Source: Candidatus Babeliales bacterium
GTDB lineage: Bacteria > Babelota > Babeliae > Babelales > RVW-14
Reading direction: 5' to 3'
DNA length: 64,000 nucleotides
Assembly (NCBI GenBank): GCA_041671765.1
Contig: JBAZAX010000002.1
Location: 3,609 to 67,608 of the forward strand
In this document: piece by piece, positions 34,882 through 42,951 of the stretch
How the letters are laid out: every line of letters starts with the position of its first letter
Position numbering within the stretch: position 1 is the stretch's first letter
Program-made: the position numbers and the translations under genes
The notes under the pieces: generated by a model
What the model was told of the DNA's origin: nothing
Database searches by the model: none
Seen by the model: the letters and a program-made list of their open reading frames with translations, nothing else

Positions 34882-36906
34882 TCACTGGCTCGAAACAATA
34901 AACACTCTGCTATCAAATTGATCAAGATCAATCTGACTCAAAAGTTTGTGTATGCTAGAAAACGTTTGTGATTTTAGAAATATCTGTCTGATTTCAACAT
35001 TCTGGATTTTAGAAATCACAGGTTGAGCAGGTCCAAGTATCTGAATTTTTAAATCTTGAGAGTCGTTAATTTTATTCAAAATATCTGCAATAGAATTGGC
35101 ATCTCTATCAAGTTGAATATCAGAATTATTTTTTATCTCTATCTGAACGAGTCGGCCAAATGGTGGATAACAAATTTCTTTACGTAAAACGGCTTCGTCC
35201 TCACAAAATTTAAGATAATCAATCTCATTCAAATAATTGAAAATTTTATGATCTTTCATCATCTGAATTATTACAGTACTGGGAAGCTGCCCACGCCCTG
35301 CCCGACCTGCAACCTGAATAAGTTGCTGAATTGAAGTTTCAGCCGCGTTATAAATGGGCATGTGTAGGTTCAAATCTGCCCACAGCACCCCAACAAGTGT
35401 AACACGCGGGAAATGATACCCCTTGGTAATAGTCTGAGTTCCAATAAGAATATCTATTTTCCCCTGCTCAAAATCTTCCACCGTTTGATACCATGACCTT
35501 TTTTGGCTTGTGGTATCAAGATCTGCTCGCGCAATAATGGCAGTGGGAAAAAGTTCTTGAAATATTTTAACAGCTTGCTGCGTCCCCACGCCCTTTTTTA
35601 AAAAATTCTTCTGATCAGACTTACAATCAGGGCATGCTGCCGGTAATGGCTTTTGAAAATCACAGTAGTGACATCGTAGCGTTTCCTGACCATAGTGCGA
35701 ATGCAATGTTAAACTCACGGAACAGTTTGAACACTGAAAAACATGCCCACAGTCTTTGCATTGCACAAAAAAGCTGTACCCTCGTCTATTCAGATAAATA
35801 ATTGCCTGCTCTTTGCGGCTTAGGCAATCCCTAATCGCAGTTTCAAGCTCTCGAGACACCCAAAAATTACTTCGTCTTTGGTCTTTTTGCGATTTTAAAA
35901 TTACTTTTTTAATCTCCGGAAAACTACCCGCAAATCTCTTTGTTATATTAAAAAGCTTCCAGCCTTTTGTTTGCACATTATGCAAAGAACTAAGTGATGG
36001 GGTGGCTGATCCAAGAAGAATTGGAATTTTATAGATACTAGCACGCCAAATTGCAATCTCTTTACTATTCAAGCGTGGATGTTTTTTTTCTAAAAAACCA
36101 TGCTCGTGTTCTTCGTCTATAATTATCAAGCCCAAATTATTTACTGGCAACATTATTGGCATATGTACGCCAATAATTAATGCAGGCTCGTTTTTTAGTA
36201 ATCCATTCCACAAAGCCCGCCGATCTGCAGGCTTACTGGCCGAATGAAAACCGATGACTTTCGAATTGGGAAGTTTTTTTTGAAAAATACGCTCAAATTG
36301 CAAACTAAGTGAAACTTCGGGAAGAAGCAGCAAAACGCTTTTGTTATTATTAATACACTCTTGAATTAAATTACTATAAACTTCGGTTTTGCCTGATCCG
36401 GTAACCCCATGGATTAATGTGGGTTTATAATCAGGATTTTTTACAAACGGTTTTAGGTAATCAACCACAAGCTGTTGCTCATCAGTTAATTGCACGTTAT
36501 GAGGAACAATTGTTTGGATAGATCCTGAATCAAGTTCAGGATGACAAAGAGGCGCATCCTGCCTGCCCGCCACAGCCTTGGCGACGGCGGGTGTTTTTTT
36601 GTCTGCGAAAAAGCCTCTAATTCGTTGGTAAAAATGCAAACTGGGAACAAAATAAAATTTTGAAATTTTTTCGATAAATTCCGCGTATTTTATATCATCA
36701 GGAAATTGCTGCAATCCCAAAATCTCTCTTACATTGAAATCAGAGTAAAAATTTGAATCAATCTGGACAACATAAGCCAGATGCTGAGATGTCTTGAGGG
36801 GAACTTTAATAAGTGCCCCAACTCCAATTTTGCCTTCAAGCTCTTCAGGAATTTTGTATGTTAACGGTCGCTGAAATCCATTTAAGAGAAGAACGGTTGC
36901 AAACAT
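34882..36906 (-). CDS. priA: Primosomal protein N' (replication restart helicase PriA)
   Basis: Walker A 'HGVTGSGKTEVY', 'IIDEEHE', Cys-rich insert 'CKDCGHVFQCSNCSVSLTLH...CHYCD' and 'QVAGRAGRG'. Carries an in-frame GC-rich repeat at 36521-36594. Confidence 0.9.
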   Translation of the reverse strand: MFATVLLLNGFQRPLTYKIPEELEGKIGVGALIKVPLKTSQHLAYVVQIDSNFYSDFNVREILGLQQFPDDIKYAEFIEKISKFYFVPSLHFYQRIRGFFADKKTPAVAKAVAGRQDAPLCHPELDSGSIQTIVPHNVQLTDEQQLVVDYLKPFVKNPDYKPTLIHGVTGSGKTEVYSNLIQECINNNKSVLLLLPEVSLSLQFERIFQKKLPNSKVIGFHSASKPADRRALWNGLLKNEPALIIGVHMPIMLPVNNLGLIIIDEEHEHGFLEKKHPRLNSKEIAIWRASIYKIPILLGSATPSLSSLHNVQTKGWKLFNITKRFAGSFPEIKKVILKSQKDQRRSNFWVSRELETAIRDCLSRKEQAIIYLNRRGYSFFVQCKDCGHVFQCSNCSVSLTLHSHYGQETLRCHYCDFQKPLPAACPDCKSDQKNFLKKGVGTQQAVKIFQELFPTAIIARADLDTTSQKRSWYQTVEDFEQGKIDILIGTQTITKGYHFPRVTLVGVLWADLNLHMPIYNAAETSIQQLIQVAGRAGRGQLPSTVIIQMMKDHKIFNYLNEIDYLKFCEDEAVLRKEICYPPFGRLVQIEIKNNSDIQLDRDANSIADILNKINDSQDLKIQILGPAQPVISKIQNVEIRQIFLKSQTFSSIHKLLSQIDLDQFDSRVFIVSSQ
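36521..36594. repeat. GC-rich repeat (modules D + E), in frame inside priA
   Basis: 'GATCCTGAATCAAGTTCAGGATGACAAAG' + 'CATCCTGCCTGCCCGCCACAGCCTTGGCGACGGCGGG'. Translated as 'AVAKAVAGRQDAPLCHPELDSGS'. Confidence 0.8.
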
Positions 36907-36908
36907 TG

Positions 36909-37604
36909 TTATAACATATCTCCGGCTGTATGAGTCCTAAGTGCCTTAGGATCGCACTTGCTAACATGAATATTAATTTTGCTGAATGGCAATGGAATTT
37001 GAAATTTATCCCAACTTTTTTTGAATGTAAAATGCCAGGAAGATGAACATTCCACAAAAAACAGTGGCTTATTCGCAGTAATTGCCAAAAATGGAACACC
37101 CTGTTTAAGTTCAAATGCAGGGCCTCTTGAACCATCTCCAACAATACACAACGATTGATTATCTTTTAAGATTTTTAGGGCTTGCCTGGTAACCTGAATT
37201 GGATTTTTGAAAGCAGACCCATAAATCGCTTTATATCCAAACAACTCAACAACGCTTCCTACTAACTTTCCATCATTACTACTACTAACAATACAATGCT
37301 GAGCGGCTTTTACTTTAATAAGAAAATACGCTGCAGCAATCGTCTGTTGATGCCAAAAATAAAATACTCCAACGTTTTCACTGAAATTTTTATTTAAATT
37401 TGAATCAAGAGAAAAACTCAAGCGATATGTCATAAAAAGTAAACGCGTTAAACCATATAATAAGTACTTTGTTATAAAAAACAGAGCAGTATCTCGCTTT
37501 ATGCTTAAAAAAACCGGTATAAAAAAATTACGTAGGGCCATAACAAATCCTCGTGTAAACTGTAAAAATGGGAAGAAGTAATAGGATATTAAACTTTTAA
37601 ACAA
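36909..37604 (-). CDS. DUF374-type (lysophospholipid acyltransferase-like) protein
   Basis: 'FYFWHQQTIAAAYF' and 'VGDGSRGPAFELKQGVPFLA' resemble the DUF374 pattern. 2-nt gap to priA. Confidence 0.6.
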   Translation of the reverse strand: MFKSLISYYFFPFLQFTRGFVMALRNFFIPVFLSIKRDTALFFITKYLLYGLTRLLFMTYRLSFSLDSNLNKNFSENVGVFYFWHQQTIAAAYFLIKVKAAQHCIVSSSNDGKLVGSVVELFGYKAIYGSAFKNPIQVTRQALKILKDNQSLCIVGDGSRGPAFELKQGVPFLAITANKPLFFVECSSSWHFTFKKSWDKFQIPLPFSKINIHVSKCDPKALRTHTAGDML

Positions 37605-37628
37605 AAATTAAGCTGAATAGGTTTTTCC

Positions 37629-40277
37629 ATGACAAAACTTAACAATTTTAAAGTATTTAAACACGTATTACCCAACGGCCTTACAATTTTAGTCAAACCA
37701 CAGCATACCATACCTAGAGTAGAATCACACCTCTGGTACAATGTCGGATCAAAAGATGAAGGGCAAGGAGAACAAGGAATAACCCATCTGATCGAACATA
37801 TGCTGTTCAAAGGCACTAAAAATCTTTCCGAATCGGATATAAATTTGATTACACACAAATTATCCGGAATTTCCAATGCATTCACTTCACACGATGCAAC
37901 CTGCTATACATTTCGCTTCCCCAGCAACGTGTGGCAAGAGTCATTAGCACTTTTTGCAGAATGTATGCAGAATGCTACATTTGATCCACAAACGCTTGCT
38001 TCTGAACTTAAAGCCGTTATTGAAGAATTTAGGCTATATCAGGACGACTATCAGGGATTGGTTGTTGAAAAAATGATTGAGGCACTCTGGCCACAACACC
38101 CATACCGAACGCCAGTTCTTGGACTCAAACAAGACATATGCAACATAGGGCAGGAAAGATTACTTGAGTATTACAAAAAGCACTATCACCCGGCCAATGC
38201 TACCTTAGTCGTAGTTGGAGATGTTCAACCAAATGAGGTATTCAAACTGGCAGAAACACATTTTGGTAAAATTCCAGGCAAGCCGAATTACACAAAACAT
38301 AAATTTTTATTTGAGCCGGATATTCAACGTAAAACCATTCAACTGTTCAGAGACATTCAGGTTCCTTGGTGTTGCTACTTTTTTGAAATTCCTGGACTAC
38401 GGGATGGCCAAAACTATATTTTTGACGCCGCATCACTTCTGCTTGGCGGCGGGAAAAGTTCCAGATTACACAAAAAACTGGTTGAACAAACAGAAATAGC
38501 CGTAGAAGTTGCCTGCTCGATTTATGAATTTTTTGATCGCGGACTTTTTGCAATCACTGTTTATCCAAAAAGTATGTCTGATATCGCACAAATAGAACAA
38601 ATCATAAATCTTGAAATTTTAGAGTTACAAAAAAAATTGATTGCAGATTGGGAGATGGAATCAGTTAAAAAACGTGCCCAAGTTGATTTTACCACCCTTC
38701 TTGAAGACACTGAAAAGCAGGCAGCTATGATAGGCAATCTTTATGTTGCAACAAAAGATGAATCTGCTTTTGAAAAATATATGGAAAACATCGAAAAACT
38801 GGATAAGAAACAGATTCAAAACTTTTTCATAGAATATTTTAGCCCTGCAACATTACACGCAGGATATTTATACCCAATGCTTGAGCTGGACAAACCAAAA
38901 TTTCATAAATTACAAACAGAAGCAGACAAGCAAGAGGCAAAGCTTTTGGAAAAACTTATTCGCTCCACGCCGGTTGAAGGAGGAAAATGGGTTACCAAAG
39001 TTAATGAGAGCAAACTACAAAAATTTAGTTATCCAAAACTAAAAAGCTTCAAACTGGATAATGGCCTAGTCGTAACATTTTATAACAATCCAACAATTCC
39101 AAGCATTAGCGCAATTTTGAATTTTAAAGCCAGTAGCTTGTATGATGAAGACGGAGCTGAAGGCTGCTTTATTTTTTTAATAAGGTTAATGCTTGAAAAA
39201 ACGAAAAAATACGATGCAAAAAAAATGGCACAATTTTTGGAAACAAACGGAATTTACATTGGAAATCTTAACGACGTAATCACATTCAAATGTTTGAACC
39301 AAAATTTTGAACAAGCTCTTGATATTTTATATCAGATTTTAACTCAACCATCATTTGATGCTCAAACAATTTCGAAAATTAAACATCAAGCAATTAGCGA
39401 ATTAAAAGAGTTTTGGGATACACCGCTTGAATTTATTGAACAGGTAACTCGTGAACATATTTATCAAAACCATCCATACAGTAAAAATCCGGCCGGCAAT
39501 CTTAAAAGCGTTCCCAATTTAACTGCAGCTGACTTAAAAAAAAGCTTCAAGAAATATATTTCACCTGTAAACACAAATTTAATAATCGTTGGAGATTTAA
39601 GCAATATTGATCTGGAAAAAACTGTAAAAAAACATCTTGGCACATGGAGTGGCCTAGAAATACCAGACTTAGAGTTCCCTGCAATTATTTTACCGAAAGA
39701 TACCGAAAAACACATAAATTCAAACCGTGACCAAACCGTAATTACAATTGCGGCACCGTCTGTTTCTAGAAAATCGCCGGAATACAACCACCTTGCAATT
39801 TTAGATGTGATATTAACGGGAGGACCCGGATTCTCTTCTAACTCAAGATTGTTTGATTTACGCGAAAAATATGGGCTATTTTACGCTATCGGAGGTTCTC
39901 TTGTGTATGGAGCAAAAGAAGAACCTGGGTTAATGCTCATAAAAACATTGGTAAGTCATGACAAAGTAGAAAAAGCAAAAAAATTAATACTTGCATCAAT
40001 TAATGATTTAGGGCAGAATGGAATTATTCAGGATGAATTTGAAATGGCCAAAAACATGATCCTATCGAGCTTAGTTGAGAATTTTGAGAGTAACATGCAA
40101 ACTGCCAGCGCCTTTCTTTTTTTACAGAAATTTAAATTAGATATAAATTTATTTGACAAAATGGGGGATACTTTCTCTATAATAAAGATAGATGAAGTAA
40201 ATAAAGTTGCAAAAAAGTTTTGTCGAAGTAGTTGTTTTTCTTTTATTACGGTTGGTAGGGCTAGACCGAATCGATAG
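37629..40277 (+). CDS. M16-family zinc peptidase, double-unit (PqqL-like) form
   Basis: Inverted zinc motif HxxEH in 'GITHLIEHMLFKGT' in the first unit. A second M16-like half follows ('LDNGLVVTFYNNP'). 882 aa. Confidence 0.85.
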   Translation: MTKLNNFKVFKHVLPNGLTILVKPQHTIPRVESHLWYNVGSKDEGQGEQGITHLIEHMLFKGTKNLSESDINLITHKLSGISNAFTSHDATCYTFRFPSNVWQESLALFAECMQNATFDPQTLASELKAVIEEFRLYQDDYQGLVVEKMIEALWPQHPYRTPVLGLKQDICNIGQERLLEYYKKHYHPANATLVVVGDVQPNEVFKLAETHFGKIPGKPNYTKHKFLFEPDIQRKTIQLFRDIQVPWCCYFFEIPGLRDGQNYIFDAASLLLGGGKSSRLHKKLVEQTEIAVEVACSIYEFFDRGLFAITVYPKSMSDIAQIEQIINLEILELQKKLIADWEMESVKKRAQVDFTTLLEDTEKQAAMIGNLYVATKDESAFEKYMENIEKLDKKQIQNFFIEYFSPATLHAGYLYPMLELDKPKFHKLQTEADKQEAKLLEKLIRSTPVEGGKWVTKVNESKLQKFSYPKLKSFKLDNGLVVTFYNNPTIPSISAILNFKASSLYDEDGAEGCFIFLIRLMLEKTKKYDAKKMAQFLETNGIYIGNLNDVITFKCLNQNFEQALDILYQILTQPSFDAQTISKIKHQAISELKEFWDTPLEFIEQVTREHIYQNHPYSKNPAGNLKSVPNLTAADLKKSFKKYISPVNTNLIIVGDLSNIDLEKTVKKHLGTWSGLEIPDLEFPAIILPKDTEKHINSNRDQTVITIAAPSVSRKSPEYNHLAILDVILTGGPGFSSNSRLFDLREKYGLFYAIGGSLVYGAKEEPGLMLIKTLVSHDKVEKAKKLILASINDLGQNGIIQDEFEMAKNMILSSLVENFESNMQTASAFLFLQKFKLDINLFDKMGDTFSIIKIDEVNKVAKKFCRSSCFSFITVGRARPNR

Positions 40278-40302
40278 CCCCAAAGGAAGTAAGGAGAATA
40301 GC

Positions 40303-40452
40303 ATGGCAGTCAAGAAAAAAGCAAAAAAGGCAGCTAAGAAGGTTGTCAAAAAAGTTGCCAAGAAAAAGGTAGCTAAGAAGGCAGCTAAGAAGGTTGTCAA
40401 AAAAGTTGCCAAAAAGGCAGCTAAAAAAGTCAGCATGAAACTTGTCAAGTAA
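40303..40452 (+). CDS. Lysine/alanine-rich histone-H1-like small basic protein
   Basis: ATG 40303 is preceded by 'AAGGAG' (40291-40296). 49 aa: 'MAVKKKAKKAAKKVVKKVAKKKVAKKAAKKVVKKVAKKAAKKVSMKLVK'. Followed by a hairpin and T-run terminator. Confidence 0.65.
   Translation: MAVKKKAKKAAKKVVKKVAKKKVAKKAAKKVVKKVAKKAAKKVSMKLVK
40330..40412. repeat. 51-bp tandem duplication inside the histone-like gene
   Basis: 'GCAGCTAAGAAGGTTGTCAAAAAAGTTGCCAA' occurs at 40330-40361 and again at 40381-40412. Confidence 0.85.
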
Positions 40453-40478
40453 TATACTCTGACAGTTGCAGATTTTAA

Positions 40479-40511
40479 AGCGATCCATAACAGGGTCGCT
40501 TTTTTATTTTG
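40479..40511 (+). terminator. Rho-independent terminator after the histone-like gene
   Basis: 8-bp stem AGCGATCC/GGGTCGCT (one G-U pair) with loop ATAACA, then 'TTTTTTATTTT'. Confidence 0.65.
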
Positions 40512-40537
40512 ACAAAACGCTCACATGTATTTATTAT
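40509..40537 (+). promoter_or_regulatory. Sigma70-type promoter upstream of ndk
   Basis: TTGACA (40509-40514), a 17-nt spacer, then TATTAT (40532-40537). Confidence 0.45.
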
Positions 40538-40594
40538 AATTGCTCTTAATATAAGAACATTTGTATAGCATATAAACTAGAAGGATTTTAAGAA

Positions 40595-41098
40595 ATGACT
40601 CGTGCAAATAGTTTTTCTAAGACATTGATAATGGGTGGGGTATTTACAGTTATTGCTTTGCTAGGACTTACATTTTGGTACTTCAAATTTGCAAGCAAAC
40701 CTGCCATTCAACAAACACTTGCCATCATCAAACCTGACGCCGTAGCAGCTGGAAACAGTGGTAAGATCATTGATAAAATTGAACAAAGCGGATTCAAGAT
40801 TATTGCAATGAAAAAAACTGAATTAACAAAAGAAAAAGCAGAAGAATTTTATGCCATACATAAAGAAAAACCTTTCTTCGGCGAACTTGTAAGCTTCATG
40901 ATCAGCGGCCCAATTGTTGTTCTTGTTCTTGAAAAAGAAAACGCTATTGAAGAGTGGCGCAAGCTCATGGGCAAAGCAGAGATTGAAGGAACATTACGCA
41001 ACTTGTTCGGAACAAGTGTTACCAAGAATGCGGTTCACGGTTCTGATGCTCCTGAAACAGCAAAAGTCGAAATTAAACAGTTCTTTCCAGAGCTTTAA
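40595..41098 (+). CDS. ndk: Nucleoside diphosphate kinase with N-terminal transmembrane extension
   Basis: 'TLAIIKPDAV', 'GPIVVLVLE' and 'NAVHGSD' (catalytic His). About 38 extra N-terminal residues contain 'GGVFTVIALLGLTFWYF'. Confidence 0.85.
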   Translation: MTRANSFSKTLIMGGVFTVIALLGLTFWYFKFASKPAIQQTLAIIKPDAVAAGNSGKIIDKIEQSGFKIIAMKKTELTKEKAEEFYAIHKEKPFFGELVSFMISGPIVVLVLEKENAIEEWRKLMGKAEIEGTLRNLFGTSVTKNAVHGSDAPETAKVEIKQFFPEL

Positions 41099-41115
41099 AA
41101 TTTAGATTTTTATAT

Positions 41116-41170
41116 AAAAAAAAGAGGCAGATGATTTGTAAAAAATCATCCGCCTCTTTTTTTTATTTTT
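41116..41170. terminator. Bidirectional terminator between convergent ndk and the coiled-coil gene
   Basis: 13-bp stem GAGGCAGATGATT/AATCATCCGCCTC (one mismatch), flanked by an A-run on the left and a T-run on the right. Confidence 0.7.
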
Positions 41171-41197
41171 TAACAAACAACTCTGAGTTGTTTCAAA

Positions 41198-42925
41198 TTA
41201 ACTAAGTTTGTCTTTTAATAAAACTAATTTACCCTGCAACAATTCTGTCTTAACTTTCAATTCTTGCAAAGATGTTTTCAAGCTAGAAAGCGAACCTTTC
41301 AGAGCTTTGGTTGCATGATCTTCTCTCGCTGGTAGTGGAGGCGGTGCATCCTCGCCTTTTCCATCTACATCTGGTTTGTGCTTACCAGGTTCTCTTTTAG
41401 GCAATTCTGGCCCTGGCTCGGGTCTTGGGACGACGGCCGGTGCCTTTTCTTTTTCTTTAATCTTTTCACCTAAAAACCTAATGGAATCATTGAGAGAGTC
41501 TCGTCCTTGGCCAAACAACTCTCTTTCAATTGTTTCTTTCTCGCGAACATCTTTAATAAAAGTCGCCATTCCCATTTCTTGATATGCATGTATCAACTTA
41601 ATTAAACTCTCAAATTTAACAGAACCTAGTTGATAACCAGTCTTTTGCTGACTACCAATAATACCCGATTTTGTAACCAACTGGTGAAAGCTGGAAACTC
41701 CAGTTAATGAAGCTTTTAAAGCATTAAACACTTGGTTCTTTTGAATTGTGTTAGCTTCACGTAAAACGTCTGCTATTAAATCAAACATCTGGATAAAAAG
41801 ACCAAAAGTTGCATCGGATACGTAGTCGTTTAAGGATTTAAGCAATCCTGGAAAATTTTTATCCTTATATGTGATTTCTGCGCTACTTATGTCAGTCTGA
41901 AGAGATTTAAAATTTTTTGCAGCCACATCTTCTTTAATTTTTTCAAGCAAAGCTTTTACAAAATCCAAGCCCTTAACTGAAGCTGCAAGTTGTTTTTTTG
42001 CATCAGCTGCCATTGCCTGAGCTTGTTGCGCAAGATATGCTTGATGCTCAGCTTTAGCCTCAGCTTCCCGCCTTGCTGCCTCTGCCTCATCTGCTTCTTT
42101 TTGCAACCTTACTCGGTCCTCTTCAGCAGCCTTTTCTGCAGCCTCTTTAGCTTTTCGCGCATCTTCTTCTGCGCGTCTTCGGGACTCCTCAGCCTTTCTT
42201 TGCTCTTCCTCGGCGGCAAGCATCGCCTTCGCCTCTTCTTCACGTTTTGTTTGTTCTGCTCGTTGACGATCCGCTAGCTCTTTTTCAAGTTCTTTGCGTA
42301 CTTTATTCTTTGACTTTTTTATAGCAGCTTTTAGCAACCGTTCAATAACATTAGGTATCGTTGTATCTGTTGACTTCATTAATCTTACCAGATCAATTAT
42401 CTTATCACTGTTCTGTGAATGATACTTAAATTGCAAAAGGCTTATGACCTGATCAAAATCCTTTGTCCATTCAATAAATTTACACAAAGGCAGAACAGCC
42501 ATATCTACTAATATTCCCGACATAAAGTTTAAATTATTTAGACACAAATCAACATTTTTCTTAAATACAGTATCATAATCTATCTCAGCACTACTTTCAT
42601 CAATAGCTTTAATCAAATCTTCCGCATTTCTAATTTCTTTCAAAATAAGGTCATTTGGGTCAGTTACAAGTCTATGAAGACGAGAATAAACCGATTGATC
42701 ATTTAATGAACGCTGAACTGCATTAATAAAAAAGACATGAAAAGAATCTACAGATATTCCATGCAGCAAAGGCAAGCCTGCCCCCACACTCGGTTGCATC
42801 ATAATACGATGCATTTCTTGATATAAATCATTTAAGCTCTCTGCTGCTGTCATTCCACTCAAGTACCCTTGCGAGAATACAAAAATGCCCCAAAATAATA
42901 CTACCCTAGTAATTCGATTAACCAT
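41198..42925 (-). CDS. Secreted coiled-coil protein with E/A/R/K-rich core and Pro-rich segment
   Basis: Signal-like 'VVLFWGIFVFSQG', charged core 'EEQRKAEESRRRAEEDARKAKEAAEKAAEE' and 'PRPEPGPELPKREPG'. The C-terminal module is shared with the next ORF. Confidence 0.65.
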   Translation of the reverse strand: MVNRITRVVLFWGIFVFSQGYLSGMTAAESLNDLYQEMHRIMMQPSVGAGLPLLHGISVDSFHVFFINAVQRSLNDQSVYSRLHRLVTDPNDLILKEIRNAEDLIKAIDESSAEIDYDTVFKKNVDLCLNNLNFMSGILVDMAVLPLCKFIEWTKDFDQVISLLQFKYHSQNSDKIIDLVRLMKSTDTTIPNVIERLLKAAIKKSKNKVRKELEKELADRQRAEQTKREEEAKAMLAAEEEQRKAEESRRRAEEDARKAKEAAEKAAEEDRVRLQKEADEAEAARREAEAKAEHQAYLAQQAQAMAADAKKQLAASVKGLDFVKALLEKIKEDVAAKNFKSLQTDISSAEITYKDKNFPGLLKSLNDYVSDATFGLFIQMFDLIADVLREANTIQKNQVFNALKASLTGVSSFHQLVTKSGIIGSQQKTGYQLGSVKFESLIKLIHAYQEMGMATFIKDVREKETIERELFGQGRDSLNDSIRFLGEKIKEKEKAPAVVPRPEPGPELPKREPGKHKPDVDGKGEDAPPPLPAREDHATKALKGSLSSLKTSLQELKVKTELLQGKLVLLKDKLS

Positions 42926-42951
42926 AAATTCTCCTTTATTTTTTAATAAAA

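Noticed and set aside
40149-40488. Minus-strand ORFs 40149-40448 and 40261-40488, and the long plus-strand version starting at 40207
   Set aside because: The minus ORFs are antisense artefacts of the lysine codon repeat (AAG/AAA read as CTT/TTT, giving Phe/Leu runs). The start at 40207 overlaps the M16 peptidase 3' end and lacks an RBS, whereas ATG 40303 has 'AAGGAG' at the correct distance.
41990-42290. GC-richer stretch that might have been another copy of the dispersed repeat
   Set aside because: It shares no module sequence with the repeat family. It is Glu/Ala/Arg/Lys low-complexity coding sequence of the coiled-coil protein. The plus-strand ORF 41990-42277 is its antisense shadow.
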